A stretch of 64,000 nucleotides of DNA from positions 11,259 through 75,258 of the forward strand of contig NZ_JAVLBQ010000007.1 of assembly GCF_031581265.1 (NCBI RefSeq). Reading direction: 5' to 3'. Source of the DNA: Gracilimonas sp. (GTDB lineage Bacteria > Bacteroidota > Rhodothermia > Balneolales > Balneolaceae). Positions 27,194 through 35,705 of this stretch are shown here, in pieces. The position numbers and the translations under genes are program-made. The notes under the pieces are model-generated. The model was not told where the DNA came from and did no database searches. It was given only the letters and a program-made list of their open reading frames with translations. Numbering within the stretch: the first letter of the stretch is position 1; every line of letters begins with the position of its first letter.

Positions 27194-27370
27194 TTAGCCG
27201 TTGTTTTTAATATCCTGAATTTCCAGGCGGATTTCCTGGGCTAATTTTTTTAATTCCTGAAGGCCTTTGCGTGCACGGGTTCCGGCAGCTTTATTGCCTT
27301 TGTCGTAGAATTTTTCCATTTCAACTGCGGTTTCATCTACGAGATTTTTGATTTCTTCAACTCTGCTCAT
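27194..27370 (-). CDS. Histone H1-like (Hc1-like) nucleoid protein, 58 aa
   Basis: It falls below the ORF-track length cutoff. The translation is MSRVEEIKNLVDETAVEMEKFYDKGNKAAGTRARKGLQELKKLAQEIRLEIQDIKNNG, which fits the small histone H1-like family of Bacteroidota. The gene has its own terminator. Confidence 0.75.
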   Translation of the reverse strand: MSRVEEIKNLVDETAVEMEKFYDKGNKAAGTRARKGLQELKKLAQEIRLEIQDIKNNG

Positions 27371-27498
27371 TTATAGCTCCGTTAAATTATTTATTGATTA
27401 AGTGTATTGTTATTAGAAGTGCGTTGAAGCTATTCAATTGGGGGTATTGAGTCAAATAAAAAGTGAGTTTTTTTATAAATTATTTTTTCCCGCTGATT

Positions 27499-28143
27499 TT
27501 ACTGTATAGCAGTCACTTTTTTTAAATCAGGCCAGTTACTGAAATCACTTGCAGTTGTGACTTTAACCGGTTGCCCGTAATTCTTGAATTCTTCGGGAAT
27601 AGTCTCTTCTGAGACGGTAGATGGTAATTTATTCCAGGTAAATTCATCTTCTGATTCAGAAATTATAATCTCATCCTTTTCATTTTTTGAGAATAACAGC
27701 ACTTCTGCATTGGTAAAAGTGCCGGAGAGTGAGTTAATAAAGTCGGGCAGTGGGATATGTTCAGGCTCTCCATTCTTGTCCACCAGGTTTGAAATCAATA
27801 AATTAGGAGCAGAATGGAGTTTATTTAATCCTTCTATATCAACGTGGAGGAAAGTACTTTTTTTAGTGATTAGCCCCTTTTGGAATCCATGAAGACCAAT
27901 GGTTGGAATTCCCTGATCTGCAAAAAGACCGATCAAGCGTTTGTTTAAATCTTTGATGGCTCTGAGCCTGGCATCTTCACGCATCATCCCGGTTTGAATG
28001 AGCCGGTCGGTATAGGGACTGTCTCCATGTACGACCAATCCTTTTCGGTCTCCAAGATTTGACAGTGAACGTGCGAATGCAGTTAAGAATACGGAATTGT
28101 CTAAGTGTTCATGATCCAGAACGGCAATAAATTGAATGGACAT
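27499..28143 (-). CDS. Hypothetical protein with weak amino-acid-kinase-like N-terminal half
   Basis: 214-aa ORF. LVVHGDSPYTDRLIQTG...RLIGLFADQGIPTIGLHG resembles the acetylglutamate kinase core but lacks the glycine-rich motifs. Confidence 0.4.
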   Translation of the reverse strand: MSIQFIAVLDHEHLDNSVFLTAFARSLSNLGDRKGLVVHGDSPYTDRLIQTGMMREDARLRAIKDLNKRLIGLFADQGIPTIGLHGFQKGLITKKSTFLHVDIEGLNKLHSAPNLLISNLVDKNGEPEHIPLPDFINSLSGTFTNAEVLLFSKNEKDEIIISESEDEFTWNKLPSTVSEETIPEEFKNYGQPVKVTTASDFSNWPDLKKVTAIQ

Positions 28144-28228
28144 CTATAATTGGATTTCTAAAGGAAGAATTAAAATTTTTGTAGTACTGTAATAACTATA
28201 TACCGGGAATAATAATTTGGTAAAGTAA

Positions 28229-28933
28229 TCACTTCTGAAGAATTGAAGATTTAAAATTAAGGGGCAACAAGTCTATAGTGATGTGTTCAGATACGGTATC
28301 ATCAGAATGGTGAAGAGTTATGTTATTATAGGGAAGGTGCTCGGCAATGACCTGCCGGCAAGCACCACAGGGACTGCTGACCTCACCTTTTTTGGTATGC
28401 ACTTCAATCCCCGTAAATGATCGGAAACCGGCTGCAATAGCTTTTGATATGGCAACACGCTCAGCACATAGACCTTGACTCCAGTCACTAACTTCAACGT
28501 TTACTCCCTCAAAATATCCGTTTTCAGTGAAGAGTAAGCAAGAAACCGGGAAATCAGAATTTGGGACGACAGCCTGACCTAAAAGATCTTTTAAATGTTG
28601 AGATACATTCATGTCAGGGTTTAAAGTATGCAGCAGATTTGCCGTTGGTTTATTTGGAAGCCCCTCCGTTTCTATAACTTCAAGATTGAATTCATGTACC
28701 CAAAAATGAAATTGAGAAAGCGGTTGGTTTTGAACATATACTTTTGATGGAATTTCTCCCTCGCTCAAACAAATGGAACAAGCAGCTTGTATGGCTGATA
28801 TGGTGATTGGGTACGAAATATTTTCAACCCGAACTCCGACATAGAGATTTCCTTTTTCACTTTCCACTACACAAGCTTTCGGTGATTTTGAATAAGGGGT
28901 GTACGCTTTATCTAAAATGGATTTCCAATTCAT
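28229..28933 (-). CDS. cdd: Two-domain cytidine deaminase (degenerate N-terminal domain, catalytic C-terminal domain)
   Basis: 234-aa ORF. The C-terminal half has CAERVAI and PCGACRQ zinc motifs. The N-terminal half keeps AYTPYSK and ENISY but lacks zinc ligands. Confidence 0.75.
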   Translation of the reverse strand: MNWKSILDKAYTPYSKSPKACVVESEKGNLYVGVRVENISYPITISAIQAACSICLSEGEIPSKVYVQNQPLSQFHFWVHEFNLEVIETEGLPNKPTANLLHTLNPDMNVSQHLKDLLGQAVVPNSDFPVSCLLFTENGYFEGVNVEVSDWSQGLCAERVAISKAIAAGFRSFTGIEVHTKKGEVSSPCGACRQVIAEHLPYNNITLHHSDDTVSEHITIDLLPLNFKSSILQK

Positions 28934-28938
28934 ACTGA

Positions 28939-31836
28939 CTAATCTATGATTGCAGAGTAAGCTGCATCGGCAACTTCAGCTCTGATTCGGCTAATTCTAC
29001 TTCCGTACGAGCGGTTAGGGAAGGTACGGTTTGTCAACAAAATAACAGCCATATTCTTCTTCCGGTCAATCCAGAAACTGGTACCTGTAAAGCCAAGATG
29101 ACCAAAAGTATCGGAACCGGACAGACTTCCGGCGGTAGTAAATCCTTCAGCGCTTCTACGGTCAAAACCAAGTCCGCGCCCGCTGTGTTCAGATTGTTTG
29201 GTAGTAAATAGTTCTACGGTTTCACTATCTAAATAACGCTGATCTCCATAGACCCCTTCATTCAAAAGCATAGTTGCGAATTTGGCAATATCTGCTGCCG
29301 ATGAAAAAAGTCCGGCATGTCCGGCAACTCCATCCATATAATATGCCCGTTCATCATGAACTTTGGCATGCACCAAACCGCGATCATATACGGTGTCAAT
29401 TTCAGTGGGAGGGATACGATTTACCAACCATCGACTCTGGCTATGGGGATTGAAGAATGTACTGTACATACCCATGGGATAATAAAATTCGCTTCTGGAA
29501 TACACATCCAATGGTTTACCAGAAACTTCATGGATAATTTCGCCCAATAAAATCATTCCCAAGTCACTGTACACATAATCCGTGCCTGTTTCATAAGTCA
29601 AAGGTTCATTTTTGATGGCATTGATGATTTCCGGTCGGGTTCGGATAGAATCTACATAGACCCTGAAAGGGGGAAGTCCCGATTGATGCAGCAAAATATC
29701 CCGAATCGTAATTTTTCGTTTTTCATCGGTATCAAATTCAGGGAAGAAATAAGCGATTCGGTCATCCAGTGAAAGCTTACCCTCGTCAATTAATTTCATG
29801 GTTGAGGCAGTGGTAGCCATCACTTTTGTTATCGAGGCAAGATCGTAAACATCAGTAGGCTGAACAGCTTCGGTTTTTGTATAATCTTGATAGCCATATC
29901 CCCGATTGTAAGCTAAAACGCCATCCTTCATAATACCAACAACCGCTCCCGGAAATACAGAATCCCTGATGGCATCATTAATGATATCATCAACTTTAAA
30001 CAACTCTTTAGGGTCAAGACCAACTTCCTCCGGTGAGCCATAGCGAAGAGCGGTATGTTCGAAAGAAAGTCCATCGCCAATCTCATATAAATTAGGAATA
30101 TCTATGGGTAGTTTCGCATCAACTTTAGAAGCCCCAAAAAGAGCTGCTGTTACTCCATCGATTTGTTCGTTCGTATTAGCCCAACCCTGAATATGGACAT
30201 CAGCCTCTTCCAGGTCAGATACTATGTAAGGATTACCAAAAGAAACAAGTACTGACTTATTGTTACGATTAAGAACTTGTTTAAGAAAGGCCAATTTCTC
30301 TCCTGTCAGGTGGATAGGTTGGGCAAAACGGAGATAGATAAATGAGCCGATAATGACAAGGTCAGCTTCAGCCGCTTCTCTGAGAATTTCTTGTTTTTCC
30401 TTTTCACTCGTTCTGTTGTCATACACTCTGTAATTGACGTCAGGGTGATAGTCTCTTAATGCTCGTGCAAAAGTGCTTCCTGTCCGGCCATCTTCATCGT
30501 CTGATACAGCGAGCATCATCACCTCAGGATATTCCTTAGCTTGTATAGGTAGAATCTGATCTTCATTCTTCAATACGGAAATGGACTCTCGGGCAATCCT
30601 TGCTGCTTCTGCCTGATGAAAAGACGTATTAATTTTGGTATCAAGATCATTAAGTACGATCTGATTGTTAGAATCGAAAAGCCCATGAATCTGCTTCCAA
30701 ACCATCAATTTGGCAAAGGATTTATTGATCCGTTCCTCACTTAATTCCCCGTTATTTACTGCGGCTTCTACTTCATTAATAGCAGTGAAGGTATCAGGAC
30801 TGATTAGCATGATATCGGCCCCGGCTTTTAAAGCCCTTACCACGGCCTGTCCGGGAGAAAATTGAGACGTAATACCCCGCATATCAAGTCCATCGGTTAC
30901 AACCATGCCGTTAAATTTTAAAGAATCTTGCAGAACATCTCCCAAAATCAGGGAATCTAAGGTTGCCAGAAGGTTCTGTCCGTTATTAATTTTAGGGAAG
31001 GCTATATGGGCACTCATGATGCTGGGCATACCTTTATTGATAGCCGCTCTGAAAGGTTTAAGTTCTACTGAATCAAGACTGCTGTAGTTATGGTCGATGA
31101 TGGGGAAGTCGAGATGTGAATCAACATCGGTATCGCCATGGCCCGGAAAATGCTTGCCGGTAGGGATAATTTGTTCACTTTGAACCCCCTGCATAAAGGC
31201 CGTACCAAAATCACCTACAATATCAGGATCTGCTGAAAAAGAGCGGACATTAATCACCGGGTTCTCGGGGTTGTTGTTGACATCCAGCACCGGGGCAAAT
31301 ATTTGATGGACTCCCAAAGCTTTTGCTTCAATGGCCGTGATTTTGCCCATCATAAAAGCATTTCTCTTATCGCCGGTGGCAGCCACTCCCATAGCCGGAG
31401 TGAATCGGGTAGTTCGGCTGATCCGCATAGCTGCACCAAATTCCATATCCTGGGTGATCCATAAAGGGAATTTTGCCATTTGCTGGAGTTTGTTATTCAG
31501 AACAGCCTGCCCATAAATTTCACCCTGCATAAAAATGAGGCCGCCCACATGGTAATCGGTTACCATTTTCTCAAGTTCATGAAAGCTTTGAGAATATCTT
31601 GGAGTGAATTCACCTTCAGCCCGCACAAAAAATAGTTGACCAATTTTTTCCTTCAGTGGAGTATGAGCGACTAAGGAATCAATATATTTTTCATATTCAT
31701 CGTCAATACTACGTGCAGATATATTATTTTCAGCTTCACCGGAAAAGGACCACGGAAAATTTTGAGCTGATGCAGGATTCGTGAGTAAAAGCGATAAGCT
31801 AAGTAACAGAAAGAAAACGTTGAAGACTGGTTTCAT
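28939..31836 (-). CDS. Fusion protein: glycoside hydrolase family 3 (NagZ-like) N-terminal domain plus serine beta-lactamase/PBP-like C-terminal domain
   Basis: The GH3 region has KHFPGHGDTDVDSH and VVTDGLDM. The C-terminal region has the SxxK motif (ASITKVM) and YSD. I moved the start to MKPVFNVFFLLLSL (signal peptide). Confidence 0.8.
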   Translation of the reverse strand: MKPVFNVFFLLLSLSLLLTNPASAQNFPWSFSGEAENNISARSIDDEYEKYIDSLVAHTPLKEKIGQLFFVRAEGEFTPRYSQSFHELEKMVTDYHVGGLIFMQGEIYGQAVLNNKLQQMAKFPLWITQDMEFGAAMRISRTTRFTPAMGVAATGDKRNAFMMGKITAIEAKALGVHQIFAPVLDVNNNPENPVINVRSFSADPDIVGDFGTAFMQGVQSEQIIPTGKHFPGHGDTDVDSHLDFPIIDHNYSSLDSVELKPFRAAINKGMPSIMSAHIAFPKINNGQNLLATLDSLILGDVLQDSLKFNGMVVTDGLDMRGITSQFSPGQAVVRALKAGADIMLISPDTFTAINEVEAAVNNGELSEERINKSFAKLMVWKQIHGLFDSNNQIVLNDLDTKINTSFHQAEAARIARESISVLKNEDQILPIQAKEYPEVMMLAVSDDEDGRTGSTFARALRDYHPDVNYRVYDNRTSEKEKQEILREAAEADLVIIGSFIYLRFAQPIHLTGEKLAFLKQVLNRNNKSVLVSFGNPYIVSDLEEADVHIQGWANTNEQIDGVTAALFGASKVDAKLPIDIPNLYEIGDGLSFEHTALRYGSPEEVGLDPKELFKVDDIINDAIRDSVFPGAVVGIMKDGVLAYNRGYGYQDYTKTEAVQPTDVYDLASITKVMATTASTMKLIDEGKLSLDDRIAYFFPEFDTDEKRKITIRDILLHQSGLPPFRVYVDSIRTRPEIINAIKNEPLTYETGTDYVYSDLGMILLGEIIHEVSGKPLDVYSRSEFYYPMGMYSTFFNPHSQSRWLVNRIPPTEIDTVYDRGLVHAKVHDERAYYMDGVAGHAGLFSSAADIAKFATMLLNEGVYGDQRYLDSETVELFTTKQSEHSGRGLGFDRRSAEGFTTAGSLSGSDTFGHLGFTGTSFWIDRKKNMAVILLTNRTFPNRSYGSRISRIRAEVADAAYSAIID

Positions 31837-32133
31837 AGAATTATGTGCCGTAAATGATAGTCGTTGACTTTCGAAATGTACGTTATACAAACAGTCTAAA
31901 CCAATGAATTATTTCAAGTTTTGTAAACAGTGAATATGGAAATGGTAGTTCCGGTACAAAGTCGTCTAAGTTTTTGAATATGATTGAAAATGAATGAATT
32001 TATAATTTTGACCTGAGTTCGATTTATATTGATTTGCAAATAACCTTAGTTGTCACTCTTGTAGATATTAGATAATTCGATGACAAAAATGAGGTTGCCC
32101 TAATACTTCCAAAACTAATACTACATTCCCAAA

Positions 32134-32295
32134 AGTTGTCATCCCGAGTGCCCCATAAAAATCAAAAGATTATAATTATATAAGTGAACACGAGGGATCT
32201 CAACGTCTTATTAGGGATGTCGTTCAAACCTTGAGATCCATCGCGTTCACCATAACAGGCCCCATGCAACCCGCCGGGCGCTTTGGATGACAACT
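32134..32295. repeat. Double-stem palindromic element, copy 2 (inside the GIY-YIG cassette)
   Basis: The outer arms are agttgtcatcccgag and ggatgacaact. The inner arms are cgagggatctcaa and ttgagatccatcg. Confidence 0.65.
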
Positions 32296-32306
32296 ATTGA
32301 GGGTAT

Positions 32307-32597
32307 TCAAGAAAACCAATCCTTAGCGAGATCTTCCCAGTTAGGGTTCATACTTTCAATAAGCTCAATTTTCTTTTTTCGACTCCACCCTTTAATCTCC
32401 TTCTCTCTTTGTATAGCATATCCAACATCGTCCGTCCAGTCGTAATAGACCAATGAGTGTAGGTTATATTTTTTGGTAAAGCCTTCTACTAACTTATTCT
32501 TATGCTCATAGATTCTTCGCTCAAGATTACCGGTCATCCCGGTATAGATCATTTTGGAGGTATTACCTAGCATATAAACATAAAAACGCTTTTTCAT
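32307..32597 (-). CDS. Stand-alone GIY-YIG nuclease-domain protein (96 aa)
   Basis: FYVYML....MIYTGMTGNLERRIYEHK...YYDWTDDVGYAIQREKEIKGWSR matches the GIY-YIG/URI domain pattern (GIY...YTG...R..EH...E..IK). Confidence 0.85.
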   Translation of the reverse strand: MKKRFYVYMLGNTSKMIYTGMTGNLERRIYEHKNKLVEGFTKKYNLHSLVYYDWTDDVGYAIQREKEIKGWSRKKKIELIESMNPNWEDLAKDWFS

Positions 32598-32674
32598 ACT
32601 TGTTAGAGCGATGAGAATACAATTGCTTACAAATTTTTTTATTTGTCATCGAATTGCATAACATCTACCACTCT

Positions 32675-32823
32675 GAGCGTACCGAAAGTTTCAATTAGTA
32701 TCGATGTGTAACGCGAAGAGTCTCAAAAGAACACCAACATCGTTAGCATTTAAGGGTTTTGAGATCCTTCGCGTTAAGGAACTATTTTTTTAAAATGCAT
32801 TCTAAGCGCTCAGAATGACAACT
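32675..32823. repeat. Double-stem palindromic element, copy 3 (left arm split by the GIY-YIG cassette; the remainder of the arm is at 32048-32059)
   Basis: The inner arms are aacgcgaagagtctcaaaa (32710-32728) and ttttgagatccttcgcgtt (32757-32775). The right outer arm is gcgctcagaatgacaact (32806-32823). A further outer pair lies at 32011-32024 and 32837-32850. Confidence 0.65.
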
Positions 32824-32890
32824 TCTTGAAACTTTTAATCGAACTCAGGTTTTTACTTTATTTCCAGTTTCTAAATGCTCATTATTGACC

Positions 32891-34897
32891 ATGATCAGTG
32901 ACGAAAAAAAAGAGGAAGTCAGGGCCGCTGCAGATATTGTAGAAGTGGTGCAAGATTATGTTAAACTTAAGCGCTCGGGTAGCAGTTTTGTAGGGTTGTG
33001 TCCCTATCATGATGAAAAAACGCCATCCTTTAACGTCACTCCGAGACTCCAAATTTTTAAATGCTTCGGCTGTGGCGAATCGGGTGATGTATTTAAGTTT
33101 GTGATGGATCAGGAAGGAGTGGGATTCACGGAAGCCATTCGGCAGCTTGCTGAGCGCTATGGGGTGTACATCCCGGAGGAAGAAGATGACGAGCATACGG
33201 AAGATAAACAGCTTCGGGAAGGAATTTTACATGCACTGAAATTTGCAGGTGTTTTCTTCTATCGAAATTTGATTGAAAATTCTGAAGCCGAAAAAGCGCT
33301 CACCTATTTGGAGGGGCGAAGATATTCCGGAAAAGTGTTCAAAAAGTATGGCTTGGGCTACGCACCTTCCGGAGGTGAAGAATTATTGAAAGCCGCTAAA
33401 AATGCAGGCATCGATGAAAAATACCTGGTAGAAGCGGACTTAATAAAACCAAGTAACAGGGGTAGTGGATATTACGATACATTTCGGGGACGATTGATGT
33501 TCCCAATTTTTAATCCCACCGGAAAGGTAATCGCGTTTGCCGGAAGAGTGTTGGGAAATGAAAAAACGGCCAAGTACATCAATTCCTCGCAGACCAAAGT
33601 ATATAATAAAAGTGAAGTAGTGTATGGGGTGAATTTTGCGAAAAATGAGATTCGTAAACACAAAGAAGTAATTCTTGTGGAAGGTTATACGGATGTTATT
33701 ACACTGATGGAGCATGGCATAGGCAATGTAGTAGCAAGCAGTGGAACCTCACTTACTCCGGGACAAATGAAGATCTTGCACCGATACGGAGAACGCATTG
33801 TGATGATATACGACTCCGACAGTGCCGGGCAAACCGCCATGAAGCGCGGCATTAATATTGCACTGGCAGAAGGCATGGAAGTAGAGTTGCTTGAACTGCC
33901 CGAAGATCAGGACCCGGATTCATTCGTCAAACAGTTTGGAAAGGAATCTTTTGAAGACCTTAAAAAAGAAGAAGCCTGTGACTTCGTCGATTTCTTGCTC
34001 ATGAAAGCCGGGGAAGAAGGCCGCCTCGATAAGCCTACTGAGAAACCGAAAGTTATAACTGAGATTTTGGAATCTATAGCCAATATCGAAGATTCCATAC
34101 AGCGACAGGTCTACGTACAATATTTTCATCAGAAAATTCAAAAGTTCCAGAAAGTAAAAGAGAAAGATCTGTTTGAGCAATTAGAGCGCATCATGAATGA
34201 TAAGCGTTGGGAAGAAAAGCGTTCGAAAAGGAGAGAAGAGGCGAGAAAGAAAGTTCAGCAACAAGCTAATAATGACGAGCGGAGTGAGACAGATGAAGAA
34301 CCACCTCACCCCGGCACAAAGACCGCTGCTGTGGCATCAAAAAAGAAGCCGCATTATGAGAAAGAGTTGATTCGCCTGATGATCAGTTATGGGCGCAATA
34401 TGGTGGAATACATATGCTCTTTTACCAATGCCAAACTTTTTGAAGATGATGAACTGCGGATGTTTTACAACGACATCATCGAAAAATATAAAGCCGAAAA
34501 AGACTTTTCCCTGAGTGCGTATTCCGGAGCAGAAGCTCCTTTCCCTCGATTGGTTGGAGATGTGTCCCTTGAGCAGCATACCGCCAGCGATCGGCATGAA
34601 GAGAAAATTGGAATGAAATATGAAAAGGATAAAAATCCCTATAAAACTGCAAAAAGTTCGATCCGTGCAGCCCAGATAAGTTTTTATCGCCGAAAGGTCA
34701 ACGAACTGGCCGACCGGATCGGGAGTGTTAGCGGAGATGAAAAACTTGAGCTGATGAAGCGGCAAAAGGATGTGAAGTCAAAGTTAACAAGAAGAGAAAC
34801 TACGGATCCCGATGACTTATTTCCTGACCCCGAAACAGGCCTTTACGATGAAGTCAATGAAAACGTATTCCAATACAAAATGAAAGGGGATAAGTGA
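32891..34897 (+). CDS. dnaG: DNA primase
   Basis: It has the zinc-ribbon CPYHDEKTPSFNV..FKCFGCG, the TOPRIM motif (EGYTDV, DSDSAGQ) and a long charged C-terminal domain. Confidence 0.95.
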   Translation: MISDEKKEEVRAAADIVEVVQDYVKLKRSGSSFVGLCPYHDEKTPSFNVTPRLQIFKCFGCGESGDVFKFVMDQEGVGFTEAIRQLAERYGVYIPEEEDDEHTEDKQLREGILHALKFAGVFFYRNLIENSEAEKALTYLEGRRYSGKVFKKYGLGYAPSGGEELLKAAKNAGIDEKYLVEADLIKPSNRGSGYYDTFRGRLMFPIFNPTGKVIAFAGRVLGNEKTAKYINSSQTKVYNKSEVVYGVNFAKNEIRKHKEVILVEGYTDVITLMEHGIGNVVASSGTSLTPGQMKILHRYGERIVMIYDSDSAGQTAMKRGINIALAEGMEVELLELPEDQDPDSFVKQFGKESFEDLKKEEACDFVDFLLMKAGEEGRLDKPTEKPKVITEILESIANIEDSIQRQVYVQYFHQKIQKFQKVKEKDLFEQLERIMNDKRWEEKRSKRREEARKKVQQQANNDERSETDEEPPHPGTKTAAVASKKKPHYEKELIRLMISYGRNMVEYICSFTNAKLFEDDELRMFYNDIIEKYKAEKDFSLSAYSGAEAPFPRLVGDVSLEQHTASDRHEEKIGMKYEKDKNPYKTAKSSIRAAQISFYRRKVNELADRIGSVSGDEKLELMKRQKDVKSKLTRRETTDPDDLFPDPETGLYDEVNENVFQYKMKGDK

Positions 34898-35042
34898 TAA
34901 AGTGAAGAGTGATCAAGTAAGCCTTATTTAGCAACTACCCTCTTCAAACGGCCAGTTCTATAAGTTTTTTTATTATCTAAAGGATAATATTTAGAAATAG
35001 AAAAATAGCCAAAGCCTACTTCATCACTCTTCACTTTATCAC
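34894..35042. repeat. 29-nt inverted repeat (27/29) spanning the convergent stops of dnaG and the DUF4159 gene
   Basis: gtgataaagtgaagagtgatcaagtaagc (34894-34922) pairs with gcctacttcatcactcttcactttatcac (35014-35042). Confidence 0.8.
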
Positions 35043-35704
35043 TTCGTCAAAGCATAAATAAGAATATTCGCCCCCATCTGAAAAGCCTGTTGCCGGAGTG
35101 TCTCAGGTGTATTATGAACTCTGGCATCAGCCCATCCATCCCCGAGATTAGATTCATAGGTATAAAATACAACCATTCTACCCTCATGAAAGATGGCAAA
35201 TCCCTGAGGAGGCTGGTTATCGTGTTCATGGATTTTAGGTAATCCATTCTCGAAGGTATACAGTTGATCGTAAATTGAATGGTTAAAGGGGACTTCTATA
35301 AACTCTTCATCAGGAAAAACCTGCTCTATTACCGGGCGGATGTATTCATCCAATCCGTAATCATCATCCACGTACAGAAACCCTCCATTTTGCAGGTATT
35401 CTCTTACATTGCGGGTTTCAGAGGAATTAAGAGTGATGTTGCCATGTCCTGTAAGAAATACGAAAGGATAAGAGTGAAGGTCGGCACTACCCAGTGAAAC
35501 ATCAGTATAGGATTCTGAAATCGGTACAGGTGCGTTGGCCTTGGTAAATTGAATTAGGTTTTGGAGGGCGGAAGGATCGTTATACCAATCGCCACCGCCC
35601 CGATACTTAGCACGGGCAATTTCAAACTCTCCGGAGGTTTGAGCCATTATAGGACTACCAAATATTAAGAGTGTAAGAACAAGGAGTGTAGAGTGTTTGA
35701 TCAT
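35039..35704 (-). CDS. DUF4159-family protein
   Basis: GGGDWYNDPSAL, YPFVFLTGHGN and NGGFLYVDDDYG fit the family. I set the start at MIKHSTLLVL (signal peptide), which avoids overlap with the upstream gene. Confidence 0.75.
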   Translation of the reverse strand: MIKHSTLLVLTLLIFGSPIMAQTSGEFEIARAKYRGGGDWYNDPSALQNLIQFTKANAPVPISESYTDVSLGSADLHSYPFVFLTGHGNITLNSSETRNVREYLQNGGFLYVDDDYGLDEYIRPVIEQVFPDEEFIEVPFNHSIYDQLYTFENGLPKIHEHDNQPPQGFAIFHEGRMVVFYTYESNLGDGWADARVHNTPETLRQQAFQMGANILIYALTK

Positions 35705-35705
35705 T

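Larger units (their letters stand above)
32060..32668. mobile_element. 609-bp TIR-bounded cassette carrying a GIY-YIG nuclease gene, flanked by a 6-bp direct duplication
   Basis: TIRs at 32061-32085 and 32644-32668 match 21/25. cactct flanks both sides (32054-32059 and 32669-32674). In-silico excision restores a palindromic repeat arm. Confidence 0.65.

Noticed and set aside
31837-31890. An 18-codon extension upstream of the GH3 fusion protein signal peptide
   Set aside because: The internal Met gives a canonical signal peptide (MKPVFNVFFLLLSLSLLLTNPASAQ). The extension has no such features.
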